Shown here piece by piece: positions 53,241 through 64,000 of a stretch of 64,000 bases of DNA. A program made the position numbers and the translations under genes. The DNA is from Nitrospirales bacterium (lineage in GTDB: Bacteria > Nitrospirota > Nitrospiria > Nitrospirales > UBA8639): contig CBDBCZ010000015.1 of the NCBI GenBank assembly GCA_965203295.1, forward strand, positions 768,001 through 832,000, read 5' to 3'. Under the pieces are notes generated by a model. It saw nothing but the letters and a program-made list of their open reading frames with translations, was not told the DNA's origin and searched no databases. Position 1 is the first letter of the stretch; each line of letters begins with the position of its first letter.

Positions 53241-56200
53241 TCATTTTTCCTTCTTGATGGTCCTCAGTAGGATGTATGTCAGTGACAGAAAGAACAATAT
53301 CATTCCAACCAGTGCAACCTGGTCATACCACAGCCATGATAAGCTTGTTTCGTATCCTTTGGTCTCCAGGAAATGGGTACCATTCAAGCAGTTGGAATCA
53401 CCAATGCTATCAAAGTCATAAAGCATACACATAATATGGGGGAGTGGGCCTCAAACAGCTCAGCAGTTACCATTGTATAGCCTCATCTATCTCACATTGA
53501 GTGTAACAAAGTCAGCAGAAAATCTTATAGGTAAATGCCGTTGATACTTTTGCTGCAAGTCACATGATTTGTAACAGTATTCAGTATTGTGTGTCACATG
53601 ATAAAAGCCATTTTAGGACTACAAGTCACGTGGTAAACAGCAGTTTATATATAGCACCACTCGAGAGTAATGTGCAGATAGGCAGACGGCTTGGATTGCT
53701 ATATATAGCTGAGTATGCATAATACTTCAGAATAAAACTATACCACAAACATCACCCTTCGGCATTGTTACTAAGTAAACACTATGCACTTGCAATAAGC
53801 ACTCTGATCTCACCATGCACATGTAACTAAACCTATAATGTATAGGGAAACAGTAAAGCAATATTTTGACAATCAATACTCCAGCTCTTACCCGCAACTT
53901 ATATTGCCAGGCAGACTTCCACACTGGAACCGTGTTGTATTTGAAGTCTTATAGCAGTAGAATTTTGCCATTTCATTGATGGCCAAAGCCTACATTGATA
54001 GAAAGGTATTCCAGTAGTTAGTATTAGTGGGAGCAACAACAGTTGACTGGATAGTGGAATGTTTTGGAGGTACTAACCTCAATGCCATAGTGGAAGAGAC
54101 TAGCATACTTTAACCACCTCAACCACACTGGAAGTGAATCGAGTGCAATCAGGAATCCACCAAATAACTATATACCAAGAAAAAAAGAAGAAATATTGTA
54201 CATTACAAAATACAAGTCACAAGAGATAGTCTTGGGGACATAATACAGTGATAGTTGGGGTGGAGTCAGGGTCTTCCCAAAGGGTAGGTAGATCAATGGT
54301 TCGTGCCTAGATCTAGACTTACAACATTGATGTCTGACAGGATGCAAAGCATGCTGAGCAGAAGTAAATGTATCATTCACCAATCCTGCAGGGATTTTCT
54401 AGAAACTCATATCGCTGCCACTACTAAACTCCACTCCTTCATTTGACATTAGGGCATTCCCAGGAAGATCCTCCTCATAGTTTGTTTACACAAAACTAGC
54501 TAACTAGAGGATACAGGCTAGCTGCAACTCGCCTAGTTGATCACTTTATCATGGAACAACTGTTGCTATGTGCACTGCACATACAGCATGCAATAAGCGA
54601 TTAGTACCGTAACGTGCTTCCATCTACAGTTTTTGTGTTCTGTTTTTCATGGAATAATTAGGAAAGTATTTACAATAACTGCATACATGTATAGAGAAGA
54701 ACGCTTAGTTAGTCAACTAAGGGTTTGATAGCATTGTTGGTTCACTTCTGTTTGATACTGAATCAATATTTGGACTACCCAGCTCCAACCTCAATACTGT
54801 GCAACAGCAAGACACTATTACATGTATACACTGATTAGGTCGTGCTCTCCAGGTTTAACCCCAAGCTGAATGAACACTAACAAATAGGACAAACATTACT
54901 TACCATAGATAAAACAAAGACAAGGGCTATTAGAAGGTTTGCTGCAGCAGTGACCGTCAGTCTAGCACTGATTGAAAATGCAATGGAGGCTGCTGAGATG
55001 GAAGTAAGACCCAGTGACAACATGAAAATGAAGAATTTTGAGACATCCAGTTGGAAACCTGTACAATGGAAATGTAGCACACTCAGTATATACATGATGT
55101 ACATGTACATAATACATCTGTACATGCCTATGCAGAAGCTGCTGAATCAGCAGCTTTACTCTTACTCTTCATGCAAGGTTGAGTACTGTACTTCACTTGC
55201 ACCACCTAACTGATTTTTGGAGTGATTAAATGCCACCGATATTTCAGCATGGCATGTTTTGCACATGACTACTGTTCAAAATGGCAACTATTTTGAGGGC
55301 CGTATTTATTGTTAGAGTACTGGGTAGTTTGCCTGCAATAGAGCTTTCTTGGCAAGCCCCCAGGTTCTGAGTATAATAGCCTTCTACGGAGGGGTGTTCA
55401 GAGATGAGCCCCAAAGTGACCGAGCAATCCTATATAGCTGGAAATTGCACTCTGGTACAGCTTAGGCAGGACTTGATGTTGCCACTGTTCTGCCCTCTAC
55501 TTCCTTCATTAATGTTTGTCCACTTTGTGAGCAAAATGTCTTTCGTTAAAAGTGGTCAATGCCAAAGCATTGAGATTAGTTACCATTGATGACGGTCTTG
55601 GGGTTGATCTCCCTAATCATTACAAGGATTAGCTTACAAGGAGTCTTTACTCTTTCTCTGAGATCAATGCCCTTGGCCAACTGGGATTTTAATACATCTT
55701 TAGGGAGACAGCTGTCAAAGCATTGAGACACAATGACCAACTCCGATGAAACGGTTATTGACCCAGTGCTAGTGGAGTTATGTATGAATTTTTGAAGGCA
55801 TTTGGAATGTATCAGCTACATGTATGTGAGCTACGCGTACTTGCCCCTGTCTCTGTAGCAGGGTATGAATTAATCAAAGGTCTGAACTATCTTTTGCACT
55901 CACCAACCATAAGGTAAACTATCACTGAGAATGCACACAGGGGTATGATTCGCATCGGAATCAAGTCCGAAAAGACTTTGGCCAAAAAGAATGCAGAGAC
56001 CCGGTAGAATCCATTGGCGTTCTCATGCCTATACATATGTATGCATATGAGGAGAATATGCTACGTGTAGGTTAAACCACAGCTCCAAGGGCTGTATATA
56101 TGGGTATTACATGAGTGCAATGATTCAACAAGAGGTCTCTAGCAGAGACATACCCCGCACTCCTGGACCCTGCAGACTGTAACGCCGTATACAAGCTGTA

Positions 56201-59200
56201 GGCGTGGCTGATCGCCGTAGCAATGATACATGCGTTTCTCTACGTATATATACTCCAGTATGCTTTCAATTTGAGTACGTATCTCTTCTAAGCTCCATGT
56301 TGAATAAAATACTCGTATACCATACTCGAGGGCTCGCGTATGTCCGTATTCAAGCTGTAGGCGTGACCAACTACTGTATTAAAAAAGGAGTGACCACTTG
56401 CCGTATTAAAAAAAATGGTGGAACACACCGATAATCAGAATAAGCGTGGAAATGCCGAGAATAAACCGCTTTCTACTATATCACATAGAGGCAAGCTAAT
56501 GTATCACGGACTTCAGCGTTATAATCCTGTTTAGAAATTGTTGTAACCTCTAAATCGCCCGTTCGAGTGTTTTCCAAAACTTTTTACGACAGACAACGAC
56601 AACGCCAACGACAGACGGACAAAACCGATTGCCGCCCACGCAACATGCTACAAGTAGCAAATATATCATATCATCGCACTATATAGGAGCCTAGTACATG
56701 TACAGTTTGCTGAACCTGGCAAATGTACTGGAAACAACGTTTTCCTGCTTCAGCAGCTAAACCAAATTTAGCAATTCACTCTCACTCTTGTTCTCTTGAC
56801 TAGGTTTTCCCATCTTGAGGGGGCACTAGAATCACAGTTTCTTATGCTTACTGTACATGCACATTCAAGGGTGCAGAATTACACTCACAAAAACAGTGCT
56901 TTCTGCCGTATGAAGAGGTCAATAGCAGACATATTTGCAAACACTTGGTTCATGACAATGAAGAAGAATGCTCCAATCCTGCAAAAAGTGAGTACAACAG
57001 ATATCTCACCAACTAAAGATTACCAAGCAAGCTAGTACACAGTCTCAAAGTGGCTCTGGCTTGGTAAAAAATTCTGAGATTATAATAGTATGTGGGACTA
57101 AATGACTCGTAGCTATGTAGTGATTACTGCCCTTCATTAAGCAATTAATACACAACACTTAGTAATACGTACAGAAAGAATCTTGGATAGTGACGGCTTA
57201 CAGCAAACTTGTACTTACAACATTTCAATCACACTATGGTCATTTTTTTTAGGTATAAAATGTAGAACTGGCATCTTAACTAATTATATAATAGTTTGCT
57301 ATAAGCTGTCACTGCCTAACCTTCGTTCTGCATGCTCGTCTACTAACATGGCAACATGAGCACATGTACAATACACAGACCTGTCATAGAATGCATTTTC
57401 CACGTTCAGAGCTGTCAGTTCTCGAGAATTAATGCGCAGGTAGATGATACCCACCAGAATGGCAAATATGATCATCACCAGGATCTGTGCAGGTTGACAA
57501 AAGACAGCAGTTCCAGTTGGAGATGTGTATATATACATACCCTCGTACCCTACCCTGAAAAAAGCACCAAGAGCACCCTTCCCATTACCTGGAAGATGGA
57601 GGCTATGGGGTCCCTCCACAAGTTTACCACTGACCGCACACTAACAATTAACAGCTGCATAAAAGAAACAATAAGTTTTGAAGTGAAAAGAAAACTATTA
57701 TTACTTGGTACACAACACTATATACACCCAGTAATATTAGGAAGATACCTACTCTAAATACAGCAGTGGCGTACATATTGAACATTACTGGCTGAGAATA
57801 AACGACAAGTTATCAAATCAAAACATGACGATAGTATATGCACATATCTGCTTGTTTCACAAATGGCTTCAGATCTCCTACAACTTTTATGCTTTTGCTT
57901 TTCTCATTTAAGAATACAATTTTAGTCTGTATCTCACTACATTTACAAACAGCTTTGATGGAATGAGGGATACAGTTCATTGAGCCATGCTTTTAACATA
58001 GTGTCATGGACAGAAGTGAGAAGTTAACGTTGCTAATACACGTGATAGTCTGGACTACTGTATAGTGCTAAATTTTCGAGGCACATAATTTTCGCGGAAA
58101 CGTCTTGAAAATGAGGTTTGTGAAAATTTTCCACAGAAACGTTCTGCACATCGAATTTTCCCCTCAGTTTTGTATCAGTTGCTTAGAAGTAGTAATAGTG
58201 AGCTATATATCTTGAAAAGTACAGGCTTCAGTCTTGATTTAATTCTTAATTGGGGTCCACTCTAAAAAGCAATAAGGTTGCAGCAAACCGACAAAAAGAG
58301 ATTTGTATACAAAAGATCATGCCAGACCAGAAAGCTGAGATTGGGAAACAAACAGTTGTAGCTGCAACCATGCATGCTCTATCCACTACTATGAGCATGG
58401 GCACTACAATAAAAGAATCTATGGCCTGCCAAATTTTTTTACACGACCAATCCGCAAAAGAATTGTCCCCATGAAAATATGGTGCTATACACTAATATCA
58501 CCTCCAGGGGGGCTAATTAGTGATTATGTAAACACTTCTGAGTAAGGCTTATCGACGCAAAGAAGCAATATGAGACCACAATACCCAGCTAACTAATAGC
58601 TGGTTAAAGCAATCAGCTATGTATTGACATGGCAGCATGTACTCCTGCTGAGACTGCATATAGCAGCTATTATAAGCTATATAGCCACAAAGAGTTCCAC
58701 AAGGCGTGTGAAAATAGTTTGTAACACATACATAGCCGAAAATTTATGTGTGTGGGCAATAGTATGAGGCTAGTACATTTTAAGATCTGTAAATGCAGAC
58801 AGGCTAGATCAACCATTGATAATTAGTACCTCCATAACGTAATCGAAGAGAAGTCTTGAAACAAAACGATGTGGACATACATATTGGCATATGTACCTGC
58901 CAGAAGAAATTGGTAGCATAACTGGCTGTCTTTGGATTGGCAGTGAAGCCTCCGGCCATCTCCCTTTCTGTAAGGTCGTCCATCACAGGTTGCAGTTTTT
59001 CATGCAAATGCTTGTAATGCTCAGACTGCTTGTAGCAAGTGACTACATTCACAGTATGATCGAAATCCTCGTTGCCTAGGTAAAGAAGGAAAGCGATACT
59101 AATTTAGCATTACAGGGCAAGTATGAATGAACCCCACACTAGTGAGTTGAATTCGAGGTTTTTTTTTTCCCATTCATTGTGCCGCATTAATGTTTATTAT

Positions 59201-62200
59201 TCTGTTTAAGCACTCCATTGTTGCACACTCTTTAAACACACGTGTTACACATTGCACATTGACAGATACTCAGTTTCAGAAGTAGTGTAGGGCAGAGCGA
59301 GAGAGAAGCGGCTTCAAACATGGCGAGAACGAGAGAGAGCCTACTGGGACAGTGGCTTAGCCTCGAACTCAGGCTTTTCTACCACTCACAAAAAAAAAGT
59401 TATAACCCTGCTTTAACTTTTTCTTTTTTTCAAAAGTGTTGGGAAGGCCTGGGTTTGAGGCTACCTCTAAGTATACGTAGTTTGAATCTTCCCCCAGAGG
59501 CTATAAACATCGCCTCATTTACATTCTTCCAACTATATCAAACAAGAGAGCTGCTCAGGGGTAGCGAAAGTGCATACTGCTTGTGCCAGGACACTTTTGA
59601 CGAATTTCAAGCAATCAAGAATTTGATCCATAGCTGTATATCAACAAAGTGCATGTACAACTCTTTGGACTGAAGGTCAGTACCAGGAGAATGAGTGAGA
59701 GTGAGTGAGTATGTGTGTGTAAGTAATCAATTGGAATTTGAGGAGTCTGCTGTCACACAGCTTTCTGCTTTGAACTCTCAGGAGATTGTGCATTTACCAG
59801 TTACACATTTGCCTTTTGTAGTGGACCACTACAACCAGCCTGTACTAAACCAGTATCTGCAAACCTGGGATTTCAGCAGCAGACCAGTTTTCGCAGAGTG
59901 TAAGAACATCCAGGAAAAAGTCTGCAGGGTTCTCATGCTGTTCACAGTGGAAACCTGTGAGATTATAGTAAAACACACAGTGCTGTTTAACTACGTCTTG
60001 TTAGTTCAATGTATAATTAGCTGGGAATGTTCGTATGTAACTGCAATCCTAAGGCGAAAGAGTAAGAGTGAGCAGAGGACAGGTAATTAGCAGAGAAACA
60101 CACTTAGTATAGTAGGAAATAGGTAGTATTACTAAAGCATACAGAGTCATAGCAAAGCTGTGGTAGGCACAATCATGCCTATAATTGCACTCTAACATCT
60201 TTCCTGAGTACATTCCTCACAGGTCCTGCACGTTGTGACAATAATAAAAGTGGCATGTAATTCTTGCAAGAGCTTACTTTGCGTATACGATGATAAAAAA
60301 CTATGTAGAATGTGTATGTCATTGAGTTTCTAACAGCACAGTTTCAAGTCTCCACTAGTACGTAGATTCTCAGTTCATTGAGTACAATGTGCAGAACATT
60401 TACCATCCCGAAAATTTCATCCTGAACACCAATCATTTCTTAAGATGTCGTTTATGCACGTTTATGCACAACCATGCAGGACCTGTGAGGAATGTACTCC
60501 CTGGGGAAATTGTTAGAGTGTAATTATCGGCATGATTGTGCATACCACACCTTTGAAGAAGCTATATAGGCAGCTATTGACCGTTCCTGTAAGACAACTC
60601 TGTATCAATCAGTGCAGCACACTGCCGTAGTTACCATAAATGAATCAATTGGACAACAGGAATGGTATTTACGCTTGTATGTGTGGGTGTTAGCCCCAGC
60701 TAATAGCTGTACTATGCATTCATTGATTTAGTCTTAAACTGTGAAACACTTGATAATATGCCAATTAATTAATTATCACATCATGCACTGTCTTTAATTA
60801 CCAATCCTGTCAAAGTGTCTCAGAGCATCTTGGGCAGGGCCATGGTAGGCCACTTCACCCAGTGATAAGAGAGTGAGGCTGTCAAAGAGCTTGAAGATGG
60901 AATACCGGGGTTGGTGGATAGACAAGATGATGATACAATTTTCTGATGTGCTCAGTCTATAGGGCATTAGAAATTAAGGCATGTGTGAAGATGTGCCTTC
61001 GAATGAAAGAATAATTATGCAGCACAGCATCTATAATTTCAACCTACAAACTTTAGTTTAGAACTATCTCCATGCATTCTTTCATAGCCACCAAAAAAAT
61101 TAGCAATGCAGGCCTGGGTATTGGGCTAGCAAACATGTTCTCTATTGCAATCCCAAGTAAGTTATGCACATTTTGTCAGCCAGTAATTTTTTCCTGAAAC
61201 AAATAATCATTAGACTTAGTACTGTAGAGCGTATGTAGTTATCTATGTCTGCCAATGCAATATTTTGAGAAGTGGGCAGAATTATGCAGGAATAGGGTGC
61301 TACTCACTCCTTGAGTAGCTTGACGACAGAATGAGCAGTGTTGGCATCCAGGCCACTGGTGGGCTCATCCAGAAATAGTATCTGAGGCTCGATGATCAGC
61401 TCCATGCCAATGTTGGTACGCCTCCTCTCACCACCGGAAACACCACGAATGAACTCTGTGCCCAACTGAGGATGAAATAGTAGTTACATTTTATGCCACT
61501 TCCATTCTATTGGTAGGAAAATACAGAAATTTCATGTGGCTTAACTGCATTTGAAGAAGCTATAGGCAGTGAGTCAATTAAGACAGAATTTGCACAGTAT
61601 ATTCTTCCAAGCATAGACTTACCTCGCAGAAAGTTCTAAGTTTTGTTTTTAATTGTGTGAGACAAACAGCTAGTTGTGGCATCGTGTGGGGTATTTCAAA
61701 GGCACTGCCAGTGCTATGACAAGTTATATACTGTATAGTGGGAAAATTTAGCGAGCATTAATTTGGCAAAATGGCAAAAAAAAAAACGACTACAAATTGA
61801 GATTGGTAAAGTTTAAATTTGGAAATTTGGTACACAAAAGTTAAGATGTAATCCTTGTGCTAGAAATTGGCAATTTGCACTGGCATAATATTATGTCATA
61901 ATTCTGATTAAGTGCATGACATATTCAACTAGCCTACTAGCAAGCTTATCTTTCAATCCAGAAGCTTGAAGAAATACGTAGCAGCCTTTGTTGATCCGTT
62001 CTCAGTGGAAACCCATTGGTGAAAGCTTAGTCTGGCTGGCATGGCTTTGGGTTCAAGTTTCAAGATAGAGTGTGCTTAAGGTACAGTGTTGGATGACCTT
62101 CCCAAAGATGGACGAATCGTCACACGTACATGGAGTGGAAGGAACAGCTCCTTCTTTATTGTACTGTAACAGTGACATGATAAAAGTGTCACACATGTAT

Positions 62201-62651
62201 AGAGCTGCAGTGCTGCATACATGTGTGTGTGGGTGTTACAAATTGCATCATACTTTATTAATGGTGAGAATTTAATTGGTGATTTTACCATTTGCCAAAC
62301 CACCAAATTTCTCCCACTATACTATAGCACGTGCTGGCATTGCCTATGAAACACTCACACAAAATGCCACAAGTACACATATATGTACCACTTACAAAAT
62401 GGATGCCACTGTTAGACTGCGATGTAATGGGCAGTGATTACTACCAGTATGTGTTGTTACTTGTAAACTATAGCTACATGCAATTTCTCTGTATATACCT
62501 TGGTACTTGCACAGTCATTTAGGCCCAGCTGCTCGATCACCTTCTCTACTCTCTTCTTCCTCTGGTCCCAAGTTGTGTGGGAGGGCAACCGAAGGGCAGC
62601 AGAGAAGTGTAGGTTCTCACGCACTGTCAGTGTACCCATTACAATATCATC
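53241..62651 (-). CDS. ABCG2: ABCG2/white-family ABC half-transporter, copy C (5' exons beyond window end; near-identical to copy A)
   Basis: Exons (minus): 62499-62651, 61308-61465, 60802-60956, 59865-59954, 58897-59075, 57589-57654, 57381-57484, 56889-56978, 55904-56028, 54904-55058, 54078-54167 ([30 protein letters not shown]), 53892-53989 (ALAINE), 53241-53406 (..LLRTIKKEK*). All phases are compatible. Confidence 0.92.
56128..56632 (-). mobile_element. HINE/DINE-1-like element present only in duplicate copy C
   Basis: acaagaggtctctagcagagacataccccgc (3' stem-loop, reverse strand) ... acgacagacggacaaaaccgattg. Confidence 0.6.
61729..62325. mobile_element. Tc1/mariner-type MITE (only the left half is retained in copy A at 6483)
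   Basis: tactgtatagtgggaaaattt / aaatttctcccactatacta. Confidence 0.55.
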
Positions 62652-64000
62652 CTGATCCATATGTAAAACAGAAAGAAGACTCATGCTATTAACCTAGGAC
62701 ACTAACATACATATAGCTACATTGTACCTGAACTAAACTGTGGCCAGCATGCATGCACCAATGAAAAAACTGGAAAGAATGTTGTACTAGCAGCTGTAAA
62801 AAAAACCTGTATTTGATGTACATGTATATAGTGTCAAGCCAAATGTACAATCATAAAGATTTGCACCAGCGTGTGTGGATGTTAGCTCTACACAGCCAAC
62901 AATGGGAATGCAATGATTTTTGGTACAATGTAAGCACTAACTTTCAACTAATGGCAGTCCAGGCTAGAAGGCTACAGCTGCTTTCGTTCAAGCATCACGA
63001 AATGTGCTGTTTTCACGTGATCGCGAGTGGTGTACGTGTAAACTCTGCCCTGTATCTCCCATGCTGTAACACAAATACACTTGACTTCTGATGCATTGCT
63101 GCAGTGGTACCCCATCTAAAGTCCATGTGCAATTCATTCAGTTTATGCATAGATACGTAGTAGAGTGCACTCTACTATCTATGGTTTAAGCATAACGTTG
63201 GTGAGTCACCTCTGATGAGTATATGTAGGAATGATGACAGTTCTACGTAAATTAATGACATCGTGAAAGTGGTTAATAAACACATTATTGCACTCATGAA
63301 AGTGAAATATGGCCTGATATTGCACTCGTAGGCAGCATTTTCATTCGCCTCCGGCTCATGAAAGTACATCTGCCAACTCGTGCAATCAGCCATATTTCAC
63401 TTTCACTCATGCAATAAAATATACGTATAATAATCCTAAAGATAGCTGGTAATGTCTTATGAAAGCATGCACATGTTAATATAACAGCCGAGTATAGTGG
63501 AGCCATATTTAATTTATCATACTTGCTCTTAGTACATTTTGAATGGATGTAGCCGTATTAAGTACATATCTAGAAGTTGTATATGCTAGCTGTCATTTAG
63601 TGTTTATTCCAGTGTTAGTACTGTGTTAGAACTGTGTGCGGTTTTATTATATACACCCTCTATCCTAATAGCAGGATAAATGCCGTAGATAGAACACATT
63701 TACTGTGATAAGTTTAAACAACCCAACAGTCCATACGGCTATATAGAGTCTGAGGCAAATGTAGAGATTGCAAAATCTTTACCTGTCTCTGTACGCATGT
63801 GTGTTGTATGGCAGTTCATCATTTTGTTGTATAATTAATTCAAACTAGATGTAATTCTGTATATAATCACATTCTCAGTCCTCACTCCTGTGTAGCATAA
63901 TTTATTAGCTATCTACCCATCTCAGTCATACTACATAGCTACAATGATGGGAATCAACTGTGTGAAATGTAATACTGGCTCTCATGCTGTGGATTGCACA

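Larger units (their letters stand above)
55049..64000 (+). repeat. Segmental duplicate copy 2 (matches 1-9710)
   Basis: Starts agttggaaacctgtacaatgg as at position 1 and ends ggctctcatgctgtggatt as at ~9700. Confidence 0.95.

Noticed and set aside
1..64000. tRNA, rRNA or snRNA genes
   Set aside because: No cloverleaf or recognisable structural RNA seen by eye; a covariance-model scan is needed to exclude them

Overview
Intron-rich eukaryotic (animal) DNA; exon/intron sizes and repeat content suggest a non-bilaterian such as a demosponge, but that is inference only. Exons were reconstructed by hand from GT-AG sites and reading-frame phase. The window holds a minus-strand cluster of ABCG2/white-family half-transporters: gene A (15341 to <1), complete gene B (38321-24308, ~688 aa), gene C (>64000 to 53241) and scrambled pseudo-exons at 17.6-18.1 kb. 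It also holds an intact plus-strand C6orf89/BRAP-like gene (19893-23347), decayed SF3A3 exons (39.0-39.5 kb) and a full-length, intron-containing DGCR8/Pasha homologue (44.5-52.0 kb) carrying three in-frame stops and a frameshift. Positions 1-9710 and 55049-64000 are two near-identical copies (recent segmental duplication or uncollapsed haplotype). Comparing them reveals an apparent gene-conversion tract confined to the ABC signature/Walker B exon, repeated TA>TACGTA footprint-like indels, intron element swaps and a micro-inversion. Introns are dense in MITEs (Kolobok-, piggyBac-, pogo-, hAT-like), Helentron/DINE-1-like elements, non-LTR retroelement fragments, long hairpins and a ~180-bp satellite. 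I found no convincing wholly new multi-gene system; the most notable items are the disabled Microprocessor gene and the birth-death/conversion dynamics of the ABCG cluster.
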